A stretch of 64,000 nt of DNA, taken from Lama guanicoe (taxonomy: Eukaryota). A program made the translations under genes and the position numbers. Of this stretch, positions 1 to 12,021 are shown piece after piece (position 1 is the first letter of the stretch; every line of letters starts with the position of its first letter). The DNA lies in contig MU054001.1 of assembly GCA_013239625.1 (NCBI GenBank), positions 2,734,151-2,798,150 on the forward strand, in the 5' to 3' direction. Under the pieces are notes generated by a model. That model was not told where the DNA came from. It made no database searches and saw only the letters and a program-made list of their open reading frames with translations.

Positions 1-524
1 AAGAAAACACGAGTGATTTGTTTTTTTAGTGGGAGGAGGGAAGACCTAATGGACCCAATGAACAGGATTATCATAAAAAAAATCTGATCAAGATGTACAT
101 ACGGAAAGCGATTGCATCATTTATCCAATCATTATAATCACTGATAACAACACATAATGAGAGGCTCAGTTTGTTTTAAGAACTGAGCCATCTCTAGTAG
201 AGCCTCAGAATCCTAAATTGGCTAGTAATCAAATTCTCAATTAGACTAGAGTATGTGGATCCTCTCAAAGGGGGAAACATTGGAGCCAGAAATCAACAGA
301 GATGTTAGATAAAATGATTCCATGGGGCATAACTTTTCCTTGTTTACAACATTATTTTCTAGCTGGTAGATCACGTAATACAAGTGTGTTTAAAAACAAA
401 CAAAAAAACCAACAAATTTTAATGGTGGGTGAGAGCCTTTCTTTTGTCCCTCCATTTTATGCAAACTTTGTTTAACCTGTTAAGCATGTAATAATGCATT
501 CGTAGATTTTTATTTGATCTAATA

Positions 525-718
525 TAGCATTCCTTGAAGTAAGTTTCATGGAATACTACTCCTACAAAATAGAAATCGTAAGTGTGGGAAGCTTATAAAT
601 TGTAGGCCCTTCTTGGAGACATTATCTGCATACTAAAGGCTCTGAGAAGTCCTACAGTAAAGAGACTTGTTCAACTGACCTTGATTTTTCCTGATTTATT
701 GATCATGGAATCATTTTT
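525..718. mobile_element. hAT-Charlie (Charlie4-like) DNA transposon fragment
   Basis: The motif aaaggctctgagaagtcctacagtaaagagacttgttcaact resembles the Charlie4 consensus as recalled. Confidence 0.55.
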
Positions 719-783
719 CTTTTTTTATTGAAGTATACTCAGTTACAATGTGTAAATTTCTGGTGTACACCATAATGTTTCAG

Positions 784-852
<69 letters not shown>

Positions 853-1137
853 TGTATTTGTTTACATATTCTTTTTCATTATAGGTTACTATAAGATTTG
901 GAATATAGCTCCCTGTGCTATGCAGTATAAACTTATTATTTATCTATTTTTATATATAGTAGTTTATATTTACAAATCACAAACTCCCAGTTTATCCCTT
1001 CCCGCTCCCTTTCCCCCAGTAACTATAAGATTGTTTACTATGTCTGTGAATCTGTTTCTGTTTTGTAGATGAATTCATTAGTGTCTTCCTTTTTCTTTTT
1101 TAAGATTCCACATATAAGTGATATCATATGGTATTTT
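716..1137 (-). mobile_element. 5'-truncated L1 3' UTR, artiodactyl/camelid type
   Basis: Poly-T followed by attgaagtata...ataggttactataag...ccctgtgctat...gattccacatataagtgatatcatatggtattt, which is a typical reverse L1 3' end. Confidence 0.85.
786..852. repeat. (AT)n(AC)n microsatellite inside L1 3' UTR
   Basis: Directly visible; about 26 AT units followed by CA units. Confidence 0.97.
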
Positions 1138-2139
1138 GATTATGGAAACATTTTATGCCATTTATAGTTATACTTTTTACACTCTCCCTCTGTAGGAAGG
1201 TCAACTCTTTTAAACATTGACAAAGACACGCAGCAGGGAGCAGGCAGCAGGGTGGCTCTGATACCAAGACAGCTGACATAGGGCAGCAGGAGAGCAAGAA
1301 TCTAATTTTTCCCAGCTCATGGCTTCTTTTATGTACCACTGCTACCCACTGAAAAGGCAAGGCAATGTGGATATGCAACTGCATGATTTATTATCAATAA
1401 TAACCCAACCAGAGACAATATGAAAAGCAACAGGTTTATAGTACATGAGAGGTTACCATACATATGAGACTTACAGATTCATAAAAAACAAGAACACTCC
1501 TTGCTTTGTTCCTTCGTTTGTTCTATCCAGATTCCTGCCCAGTATCTCTCTTGGACCATCAAAAGTGCCACCTAGCTTAGTGCCACATTAGGCTACTAGC
1601 AGGGACTCACTTAGATCGACTTATTTCTAAGCTTGATTACATGTACACACACTTTTTATTCCTTATCATCTCTTAACCTGATACTAACAAAAACAGAGCC
1701 ACTGTGGAACATTATTTTAATAACAGGATTATCATCTACAAGTGTTTATTACATACTTTTGTATTAAAGTCCTGAAAGGCACAGATAAGTGCCACCTGTG
1801 GTTCCCGTCCTTAAGCAATTAACAGTTTAGTTGAAGAAACAGACACCCATGTGAAAAAGAAGTGACAGCCATCATGTTGGCATGTTTAGTATCCAATCAG
1901 GTGTTGCAAACTGAGTTAATGAGGAAAAGGCTTTCAGATGGAAGTGGTGCCTCAACCAGAACTAGAAAGGAGGATGGGATTCATAATGACAGAGTATCAG
2001 GGTGTCAGAGCTAGAAGTTTTCATAATCATTCTTGTGGTAGTGCCTTTTCCACTCTCTCTCTAGGAAGGTCCCAGACGCACAATGCAAAAGGATCTTGAT
2101 AGTAAATCCCTCCACTCAAAAGGGGATCAGAGATGTGTT

Positions 2140-2495
2140 TTCTCTCTTCTCAACAGTCACAGTCTAATGGGAGAGGGAACATAGCTAATGCTAAAAGCTA
2201 TGACAAGGGGAGGTAATGGATATTATGGGAGCATAAGTGAGGGAACCCAGCTCAAACTGGGAATTAGGGGAATCAAAAGAAGGGGCTCAGTCTTGAAGGA
2301 TGAGGAGAGCTCTACTGACCTTCTTTGCAAAGCACAAGGGGACATCTGTGCATAGGAAGAGAGGAGTGAGAATTGTTGCCCTGCTAGGGGATGCAAACTA
2401 GAACGTGGGATCACAGGAGGAGATTGACACTGGAAGGTGGACAGGGCCAGATGCCAAGGCCTTTTGTATGATGTGTTAAGGGGGTTAAGATTCAT
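2140..2495 (-). mobile_element. L2 fragment
   Basis: cacagtctaatgggagag...gccagatgccaaggccttttgtatgatgtgttaagg is typical of reverse L2. Confidence 0.6.
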
Positions 2496-2504
2496 TGGTC
2501 AGGA

Positions 2505-2645
2505 GTTCAGAAGTCCCAGGTTCCAGTTCTGTGCTGCCAGTTGCTGGTTATATAACACCGGTCACCTGTCTTTGGGCCTCAGTTTTCTCATCTGTATGCA
2601 ATGAAGACTAACCTCTAAGACTTCTTCCAGTTTTAAGCTATGATC
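2505..2645 (+). mobile_element. MIR SINE
   Basis: Core motif gggcctcagttttctcatctgt. Confidence 0.7.
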
Positions 2646-3934
2646 TTTGTGGTAGAGTGTTTAATGAGTTGTGGCCTTTCTTGCCTTGCTCCTCTTCCTG
2701 GTTCACTTTTGTCAGAAAGCCCTTCATTGGCCAGGGGGTTTTCCACTCTACCACATTAGCAAAAGTCCACTTTTCTCTAGAGCTCTTGGCCTTTGTGTTA
2801 CAGCAGAACAAAGAGCTGTCACAGTGTCAAACAGTGTCATTAGTATTCAGATCTTTTTCCTCGCCCATGCTGTGTGGTCTTTTTCACATTTGCATGACTT
2901 TTCTGTTTTCATTGGACTTAATGAATTTAAATTCAACTTTCAGTGAATTTAATGAACTCTTTATTAAATGCCATTTCATACAACTGGAAATAATTCTATC
3001 TTCTCTCCACTTTATGAGTTTGTACATATTACTAAATACTTGGGCTTTTAAATCACGTTTTGTGGCTACTTGCTATTTTGTTATGCCTTACCTTGGTATG
3101 AATAGTTTTGAGAAATTAAAAAAGAAGAAACTAGAAAAATGTGATTACCATGTGTTTTCACCATCCAGAATTAACTGCTATTAAATTTTTCCATATCTGC
3201 TTCAGGCTTAATTTAAAATTTTTAATAAAATAATAAAATCATTTCAGATGAATGTAAAATTTCCTTTGATCCCTACCAAGTCTATTCTTCAATTTCCTAC
3301 CATGTGCTTCATCTCCAAATTTGAAATGTATCCATTTTAGCAGTATTTGTCCAAATTAAAAATATCCAGTGGACATGTACAATAACCAGACTTCCATAAA
3401 TTATATAATGTTTTTTAATGTTTTAATTTTTTAATGTATACCAAAAAGTAAAATTGAGCTTTAAATTCTATCCAGGTGTAACCATGTGAACAAGGATTGA
3501 GAAAAGATCTAAGGCCATGAAGGAAACAGAAGAAAGTAGGGGAATGATCAAGTGGCCATTGGATTTTCCCACTGGATGTGGCTCCTGGCTCTGTGTTACC
3601 TTGAATTGCCTGCTCGTATTCTGAGTTGGATTTTTGCCTTGTACTTGTGAATATCAGCTGTTGTGCCATTTGCCTTTCCTTTATCTTCAATTCAGGGTCT
3701 AAATCATCTTCTTATTTAGAGGGATACTGCTCAGTTGGTGAGATAGGGCTTTGCTTTCCCTGTGGAAACAAAGGGAAAGATGTTTCTTGTTTCTGTCCTT
3801 GAAGATCTAGGGAATGATGGATTCAAGGGATGTCTTCAGGAGTTTGAATCTTGGGAAAGTGAGGCAAAGGCTCAGGGACAGCTGAGAAACGATTCATGAT
3901 TAGGTTTGTAAGGGTCGATGATTTTTCCAATTTA

Positions 3935-4120
3935 TTTTCAACAGTATGTATCAAGCATTGTTTGTTGTAAGTAATTTATATATAATATCTCGTTTGATCC
4001 TCATGATGAGTTTATGTATTGAGTACTCTTATGTTACTCATTTTACATATGAAGAGACTAAGGCTGAGATTTTAGTAACTTGTCTCAGTTTACTAGTAAG
4101 ACATGAAGCCCCAGGCTCCT
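3935..4120 (-). mobile_element. MIR SINE
   Basis: Reverse core cattttacatatgaagagactaaggctgag. Confidence 0.7.
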
Positions 4121-4598
4121 TGGCTTTAAAAACTCAGATATGTTTAGCAAAAGTCCAGAAACATCATAGGAATTAAACTGTTTCTATTGTGTAAACTAAG
4201 TCATGTTCTTTTATGTCCAGTGTCTCTTGTTGGTTTTTTTTTTTTCTTAAAGTCAGAGCTGAACCCTCTAGCCTCCCATTGATTCATCAATCCTTTAATG
4301 AATTTCTTTTCTCCTTAGGTTTAGCGGAAGTTGGATTTGGTTACTTACAAGTAAAAACCTTGTTGGTTCATAGGCTCTGCTTCCAAGTTCTTGATTGTAT
4401 AACATTGATCCTTATTCACTTCCAAGAAACTGCTTAAAATACCATATTAAAGACTGAGTTTGATGTTACAGGTTAGATTTACATTCTTTGCAAATTATTA
4501 CTTCTATTCTCTGTACTCTTTTTCTGAGTAATGCCTAATTTTAAAAGAGAAATTAATTCTATTTCCCTTTTATTTTGACAAACAACAGAATTAGTTGA

Positions 4599-5094
4599 TG
4601 TGGTTGATGGAATAATATCTCCCTAAAATATTTAGGTCTTAATCCCTGAAACTTGTGAATGTTAACTTATATGGTGAAAGGGACTTTGCATATGTGATTA
4701 AGTTAATGATCTTGAGATGAGGAGATTATCCTGGATCATTTGGGTGGGCCCAATCAAAAATATTTTTATAAGAAAGAGGTAGAGGGAGATTTGACTTCAG
4801 AAGAGGAACAGGCAATGTGATGACAGAAACAGAGATTAGAGTGACGTGCTTTAAAGGAAGAGGAAGGAGCCAATAACTAAAGAATTCAGGTGACCACTAG
4901 AAGATGAAAAGGCACAGGAACAGATTCTGTCCTCAGAGTCTCCAGAAGAAACCAATCCTGTCAACACCTTGGTTTTATCACTGTAAGACTCATTTCAGAC
5001 TTCTGACCTCCATAACTATAAGAAAATAAATCTGGCTTTTTTTTAAATCACTAAGCTTGTAGTAATTTGTTACAGTGGCAATAGGAAACTAAGT
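4599..5094 (+). mobile_element. MaLR solo LTR (MLT1C/D-like)
   Basis: TGTGG start, gggactttgcatatgtgattaag, and gtaatttgttacagtggcaataggaaactaa end. 5-bp TSD gttga at 4594-4598 and 5095-5099. Confidence 0.9.
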
Positions 5095-5786
5095 GTTGAC
5101 GATATGAGATAATTTTGTAAGCTTATGCTTGGTTTAGAAAACAGCACATTTTGACTCTCTTATGCTTTTGGCTTAAGGAAGATCAATGGCAGCTCACACA
5201 CATGCATTACAAAGTGTTCAGGCAGTTAGTGGGAAAATTGTGTCATGATTTCTGTTGCAAAGAAGGCAGAGCACTTTTATTGTCAGTGGATTTTTTTTAA
5301 GATGGATAATATTAGAAGGCCAACTGGCACACGCTTTATTAACTGCAAAAGTTTGTATTCTAAATTATCCTTTTTTTTTTCATGAAGTATCATTAACAGT
5401 GTTTCTGCCAGCAGTTATTCTAATATTGGGAGTCATTCAGTGTTGATAGGAGTGGTAGCAGGAATTAAGTTTGGCTGGATCACCAATATAATATGACCTA
5501 CATTTAAAGAATAATCCTAGGAAAATTTCTGCCCAAAATAAAGCTCCTTTATTTTTGTTGTTGTTCTAAGTGCCGTCTGCCTTTTAGAGAATGAAAGGGT
5601 AAATTAATCACTCTGGATGAGTCATTTGAAAGATTACAAAGCTTGTATAATTACTATGAAAGCTATGTCCCTTGAAGATGCTATACTCCTGATAAAGTTT
5701 CAGAAATTTAATAATATTTTAAGTAAGCATAGGATCCCTTGTTTGGAGGGGGAAAAAAAACAGAGTCCTGTGATTCTTCTCAAAAG

Positions 5787-5788
<2 letters not shown>

Positions 5789-5822
<34 letters not shown>

Positions 5823-5842
5823 TGCACGTGCGCGCGTGTATG
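5789..5842. repeat. (TG)n microsatellite with GC-alternating tail
   Basis: Directly visible; ends gtgcacgtgcgcgcgtgtatg. Confidence 0.95.
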
Positions 5843-6670
5843 TTGAGGATAGTGGGGCAGAGTGAATGAATACCTGTTAGAATTCCCTTGAATAATGCCT
5901 CAATCATTGCCACTATTAATAAAATTATGGTGGGTGCACCAAACAGAATACATTTGAAATAAATAGCTTTTAAACTGATATTATAGAGATTTCCAATATC
6001 AACTTGTTTCTACTTCACAGTGTATAGATAATAGGAAGTAAGACATGCATAAAGGTCATTGCTTCTGCTGTATTTTTATGTCTTATGATGCTTGACTGAT
6101 GTTTTTAAAAGAGTGGCTGAATACTCACACCATCCTGGATGGATATTTTCCCAGATGCTGACAAACACATATCTATCTATCTAGATAATGGAACTGATTC
6201 TTTTTTTTTAATGCGTGTTTGTTCACATAAATACAATACGTAGAGCATTCAGCTGTGACTCATGAATAAGTCTTGAAGATGCATGAGAAGACACAGCGTT
6301 CAAATGTGATTTTCAACAAAAAGTAAGGGGATGGGAGAGAGAGATCATTCCATGGGGAAAAAATGCTGCTTTATTGAATTCTTTTGGGGAGGTAAGGTTG
6401 CACATCATGCAGAATTTGCACATCTCAGATTCAAATCATGTTCATAAAAACCAAAACATGTTGTGGTTTCTGTTGTTATTCTTGCTCTTGTTACATCATG
6501 ATCTTGGCTGATGGAGGCCATTTTAACTTAGTCAGTTTAATGAATGAATCTACATTGAGCACCAAGATGTGCTTAAGTTCAGTTCTGGAGGATTAAAGAC
6601 AAGTAATGGTTCCTTTCCATAAGAAACTAGAATAGTAGACGAGTAGAACAAGTGAAGTGTAATTCTCAAC

Positions 6671-6860
6671 TAGGATCAGCAAAATATGGCAGACGTACTT
6701 GTTGCTTTCCTCTTCAGTGCCCATGGCAGACATTGCTAATCACTCAGGCCTTTCCTTTGTTTTAAACTTGGATGTAGTTTCTCTTCTCAGCATCATGTTC
6801 TGAGAAGCCACTACCAATGGATTGGAGATGACATTTTCAGTAAAACTGATTTGCTCCTTT
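6671..6860. mobile_element. hAT-Charlie MITE (MER117-like)
   Basis: Motifs cccatggcagacattgctaatc and agccactaccaatggattggag. Confidence 0.6.
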
Positions 6861-6880
6861 TGTTCTCAAACGTATACAGG

Positions 6881-7701
6881 TGTCTCAGTCATTTTGAGCT
6901 GCTATAACAAAAATACCATAGACTTGGAGGCTTAAACAACAAACACTTAACTTCTTACAGTTTTGGAGACTGTGAAGTCCAAGATCAAGGTGCCAGCAGA
7001 TTCAGTGTCTAGAGAGCGCCCACTTCTCGTTGTATCCTCACACGGCAGAGAACACTGCCTAGCAAGTGGCATCTATTGCCTACTATCGGGGCGGAAGTTT
7101 GAACACTTTTGCCCACTGCTTCTTGGTATCAGAGTCATCAAGGGAAACAGAAGCCAGGCAAGCACTGGATAGAATAAAACTTTACTGACATAGAGAAGAG
7201 ACAGAGCAAGATCAGCTTCAGTTGTGGGCACTGGTCTTCCGTGGGCAGCAGGTCTCTCCATGGCCAGCAGGTCCCTCTCAGCAGTAGACGCAGGGCATTT
7301 GGCCTGCACACAGCCCTCTTGTGCTGCAGCAGAAGGGCTTTGTTTCCTTCCCAAAGAGGACAGATACAGTAGTGAGACTGGGCAGGTGTCACATGACACA
7401 CTTGCTGAGGCAGAACAAAGGAACACACACTGAGTCTGAAAAAGGGAAGGGTATTCCTGCCCAAGGTGACCAGTTTGGCAAATGCTGTGAAGGCCCTGTG
7501 TCTCTTGGTAAGGAAGTGTTACTGGCCCAGGGCTCATTCTTATGTGGACCAGCCTTTCCCAACAGACATTAATCTCATCGTGGGGGCTCCACCCTCATGA
7601 CCTAACTACCTTCCAAAGGCCTCACCTCCTAATCCCATCCCACTGGAGGCTGGAGTTTCAGAATATGAATTTTGGGGGACACAAATATCCAGTTCATAAC
7701 A
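6881..7701 (-). mobile_element. MaLR solo LTR (MLT1A-like), split by a nested LTR
   Basis: Left half gctgctataacaaaaataccatagact...aagtccaagatcaaggtgccagcagattcagtgtct; right half ggctccaccctcatgacctaa...tatgaattttgggggacacaaatatccagttcataaca. Confidence 0.9.
7056..7564 (-). mobile_element. Nested ERV solo LTR (ERVL-type, MER54/73/74-like)
   Basis: 509-bp GC-richer insert with TG...CA ends, an agtaaa polyA-like signal on the - strand, and degenerate 5-bp flanks aacac/gacat. Confidence 0.7.
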
Positions 7702-8493
7702 GTAGGTAATCCAGTCTCACTAGGTGAGATTATTTATTTGCTTGAAAAATGAGGCTAAAAATATCTATCCTCAAAGGAGCTCATAAAGTAGTGTAGGTGA
7801 AAGTTCTGATGTGTTGAAAGGCCAAAGGTGGGACATGTCACCCTGCAGGTGGCTGGATGAGATTTGTACATATGAGCGAAATAATATTTTGGTTGTTAAC
7901 AATACTGAGATCACTCACTGCTTCTGGTAGGTGAGAAGTTAGTTTTGAAACCAAAATCCTAGCAAAAATGGGGGATTTCCTCTTTATTTGTTTATTCATT
8001 TGATAATTCAACAAGGAACATAAGTGCTCCAGGCCAGCGTATGTGCTTTTTGAGGAGACTTTACATTAGTAGGAGGAGAAATGCCCATGTTGCACACTGT
8101 TTTGTATCTCAGAATTGTCTGCAGCTCTGGGACCAATTAGCATTTAATTTCAATAAATGGGGCAAAAAGCTCTCCATGCTAATCCAGTTTGTTACAGTCC
8201 TAAACTCACCTGCCTCACAGATCTTCCTAGAAAGAATAGAAGGAGCTGGAAACACTGCAGTGCTTGATGCCCAGATGGGGCATATGTGAGGTTTCAGCAT
8301 GTTTTTGTTAAACTATTGTAGCCTTCATGGGAGAAAAGAATTGTCATTCAACAGATTGGAAATATTCCTCTATAGCATTTTTTTTGTACCTGCTAATTAT
8401 GCAGATCTCTTGATAAATGAGCATTTTAGAAATGACATGTTCAGAACAACAGTATGTAGAAAATATGTATATTAGGTTTTTTTTTTGTTTTAG

Positions 8494-8559
8494 ATGTTTC
8501 TGTGCTTATGGAATCTTGACTGCAAGATTCAAAATGGCATTGAGATTCCTTCGGCGTAG
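8494..8559 (+). CDS. Candidate 66-nt coding exon of an unidentified host gene (xCFCAYGILTARFKMALRFLRRx)
   Basis: Acceptor ttttttttttgttttAG (AG 8492-8493) and donor AG|GTGAGC (8560). Length is divisible by 3 and only one frame is open (phase 2-2). There is an internal AAAATGG start context at 8534 and two CpGs in Arg codons. Flanks are repeat-free. Confidence 0.5.
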   Translation: MFLCLWNLDCKIQNGIEIPSA

Positions 8560-9114
8560 GTGAGCATGCTCACTTAGTTAGCTCTCATGACACAAGTGTG
8601 GCAATCACATTAAAAATGCTCCTGTGAAATGATAAAAGTATCATTTGATATTTTCTGGTGGAATTGGAGATAAGTGACAGGAGATTAAGAAAGGGAGAGA
8701 GAAAGAAGCACATGAAAAGGACATTCATTTTTAAATGACCAAAAAAATTTCCCAGTTTACAATAAAACCTGTTTTGCCTTACAGAATTATTTTGAGGTAC
8801 ATATTGGGTAAGAGATTAAAATTCCTTTGAGCATTAGAAAACATAAAGTGTGTTCGGTCATCCCTTCTAGTTCTATCTTAAAGAAGATAATGTGTTTGTA
8901 GCCACAGAAAGGGAAATTGTCTTCAAGTTACCAGGAACAGGGCTTCCCCAAGTTTTTCTTATTATTCTACTCAATGGATGTGATATATGTCAACCCAAAG
9001 GGGTAAATAGATACATGGCTAGATGCAGGCAACAAGTCTGGGGCGCTGCCCACCTCAAGTCTACTAGCACAGTTTGAGAGATGAGTGGGTCGGATTCTTG
9101 GCACACCTGTCACC

Positions 9115-9223
9115 CAGAGGTATCTTTGTTGGGTTGTTTATGAAACATACTTCAGGAACCCTCACTTATGTGTAAGGACTCCATCCAAAGTCCTGCACCT
9201 AATTTTGAATCCATAGGATTTTT
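9115..9223. mobile_element. hAT-Tip100 MITE (MER91B-like), left part
   Basis: Starts cagagg; contains ttcaggaaccctcactt...tcctgcacctaattttg. Confidence 0.5.
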
Positions 9224-9234
9224 AAAAAAAATTA

Positions 9235-11865
9235 TTTACTTATTATTTTTTCTTCAGTTTTATTGAGATATAATTGACACAGAACACTGTATAAGTTTAA
9301 GGTATACAGAGTAATAAGTTGACTTAAGTATATCATGAAATTATTATCACAATAAATTTAGTGAACATCCATAATCTCAAATAGATACAAAATTAAAGAA
9401 CTACAAAAAATTTTTCCCTTGGGATAAGAACTCTTAGGATTTACTCTTTTTAACAACTGTCATATTCAACATACAGCAGTGTTAATTATATTTATCATGC
9501 TGTACTATACATCCCTAGTACTAATTTATCTTATAACTGGAGATTTGTACATTTGACTGTTTTCATTCAAACTTCCCACCCCTCCACCCCCCACCACAAA
9601 TCTGATCTCTTTTCCCATGAGTTTGTTTGTTTTTGAAGTATAACTGACACTATGTTACTTCTTGTTACACAACATAGTAATTTAGTGTTTCTATACATTT
9701 CAAAATGATCATCACAGTATCTAGTTACAATATTGTAAAGTCACCATACAAAGATGTCACATAGTTATTGACTATATTCCCTACACTGTACATTTCATAC
9801 TGATGAATAATGTATTTTGCAACTGGGAGTTTGTACCTCAATCTCTTGTGGTAACCTGGATCATAAGGTAGTTCTAGTTTTAATTTTTTTAAGGAATCTC
9901 CGTACTATTTTCTGTAGCTGCTGCACAAATTTACATTCCCACCAACAGGGCACGAGGGTGCCCTTTGTCCACATCCTCACCAATGTTTGTTATTTGTTGT
10001 CTTTTTGATAACAGCCATTCTGACAGGTGTGAGGTGATGGCTCATTGTGGTTTTGATTTGCATTTCCTTTATGATTAGTGATGTTGAGCCTCTTTTTATG
10101 TGCCTGTTGGCCACCTGTGTGTCTTCTTTGGAAAAATGTTTATTCAGATCCTCTGCACATTTTTAATTGGGTGGTTTGTTTTTTTCTGATTTTGAATTGT
10201 ATGAATTTTTGAACATTTTGGATATTAACCCTTTATCAGATATATCATTGGCAATTATATTCTCCCAATCTGTAGATGGCCTTTTAATTTTGTTGGTAGT
10301 TCCCTTAGCTGTGCAAAAGCTTTTTAGTTTGATGTAGTTCTACTTGTTTATTTTCGCTTTTGTTTCCCTTGCCTGAGGAGACATATCCAAAAAAATATTA
10401 CTAAGACGTGAGAGCTTACTGCCTGTGTTTTCTTAGAGAAATTTTATGGTTTCAGGTATTACATATAAGCCTTTCATCTATTTTGAATTTATTTTTGTGC
10501 AGTCCAGTTTGATTCTTTTCATGTAGCTGTCCAATTTTCTCAACACTATTTTCTTGAAGAGGCTGTCTTTTCCCCATTGTATACGCTTGCCTCTTTTGTC
10601 ATAAATTAATTGCTCTTTTAAGTATGGGTTTATATCTGGGCTCTCTATTCTGTTCCATTGATCTGTGTGTCTGTTTTTGTGACACACCATACTATTTTGA
10701 TTACTGTAGGCTTGCAGTATATTTTGAAATGAAGGAGCATATCTCTAGCTTTATTCTTCTTCAAGATTGTTTTGGCTATTCAGGGTCTTTTGTGTTTCTA
10801 TACAAATTTTATAATTATTTGTTCTATCTAGTTCTGTGAAAAATGCCATTTGTATTTTGATAGAAATTGTACTGAATCTCTAGATTGCCTTGAGTAGTAT
10901 GGTCACTTTAACAATATTAATTATTCTAGTTCATGACCACTTTCCATCTATGTTGTCTTCAATTTCTTTTATCATTATTTTATAGTTTTCCAAGTACAGG
11001 TCTTTTACCTACTTAGATTTATTTCTAGATATTTTATTATTTTTGATATGCTTATAATGGAATTAAGAAAATTCTATTACTGATAGTTTGTTGTCAGTGT
11101 ATAGAAATGTAACAGATTTCTGTGTATTAATTTTGCATCCTGCAACTCTACCAAATTCATTGATGAGGTCTAGTAGTTTTTTGGTGATGTCTTTAGGATT
11201 TTCTATGAATAGTGTTGTGTCATCTGCAAACAGTGACAGTTTTACTTCTTCCTTTCCAAATTGGATTCCATTTATTTCTTTTTCTTGTCTGAATTTTGTG
11301 GCTAGGGCTTCCAGTACTATGTTGAACAAAAGTATGAGAGTGGGCATTATATTCTTGTTCCTGATCTTAGAGGAAATGCTTTCAGCTTTTCACTGTTGAA
11401 TATGATGTTAGCTGTGGGCTTGTCATATATGGCCTTTATTATGTTGAGGTAAGTTCCCTCTATACTCACTCTGTTGAAAGTTTTTATCATAAATGAATGT
11501 TGAATTTTGTCAGAAGCCTTTTCTACATCTGTTGCGATAATCATATCATTTTTATTCTTCAAATTGTCAACCTAGTATATCCTATTAATTGACCTGCAGA
11601 TATTTGCAGAACCATCCTTGCGTTACTGAGATAAGTGCCACTTGATCATGTGTATGATTCTTTTAATGTATTGTTGAATTCAATTTGCTGATATTTTGTT
11701 GAGGATTTTTGCATCTATGTTTATCAGTGATATTGGCTTGTAATTTTTCTGTATTATGTGCTATCTTTGTCTGGTTTTGGTTTCAGGATGATGCTGGCCT
11801 CGTAGAATGAGTTCAGAAATGTTCCTTCTTCTGCAGGTTTTTGGAGTAGTTTGAGAGGATAGGAT
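9235..11865 (-). mobile_element. 5'-truncated, decayed L1 (~2.6 kb) with ORF2 RT and C-terminal remnants
   Basis: ORF track gives [12 protein letters not shown]...[20 protein letters not shown] and HKNRHTDQWNRIESP. T-rich tail is at the left. Several frameshifts and an internal deletion near 9845. Confidence 0.95.
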
Positions 11866-11869
11866 GCTC

Positions 11870-12021
11870 ATGAAACTTACACTGCAGAAATTCTCACTTT
11901 CATGGGCTCCATCTAAAGTCCTTCACCTGATTTTGAATCTATAGGTTTTTATTAATTTTCTTTTAAAAGATTTTCTGAATTGTATAAGCTTTAGGCCCCA
12001 CAAGACTGATGTCCACCTCTG
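11870..12021. mobile_element. hAT-Tip100 MITE (MER91B-like), right part
   Basis: aattgtataagctttaggccccacaagactgatgtccacctctg; terminal cctctg is complementary to cagagg at 9115. Confidence 0.55.

Noticed and set aside
2922..2935. Perfect 14-bp palindrome tgaatttaaattca
   Set aside because: AT-rich and expected occasionally by chance in 64 kb.
2657..3184. Longest ORF in the track (175 aa)
   Set aside because: GTG start, Phe/Leu/Ser-rich composition that reflects T-rich DNA, no recognisable domain, and it runs into old L1-like sequence.
6963..7572. Cluster of overlapping ORFs up to 154 aa
   Set aside because: They lie within nested LTRs; higher GC lowers stop-codon frequency.
10478..11562. 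ORFs with reverse-transcriptase motifs as a possible novel RT system
   Set aside because: These are ordinary frameshifted L1 ORF2 fragments of a truncated element.
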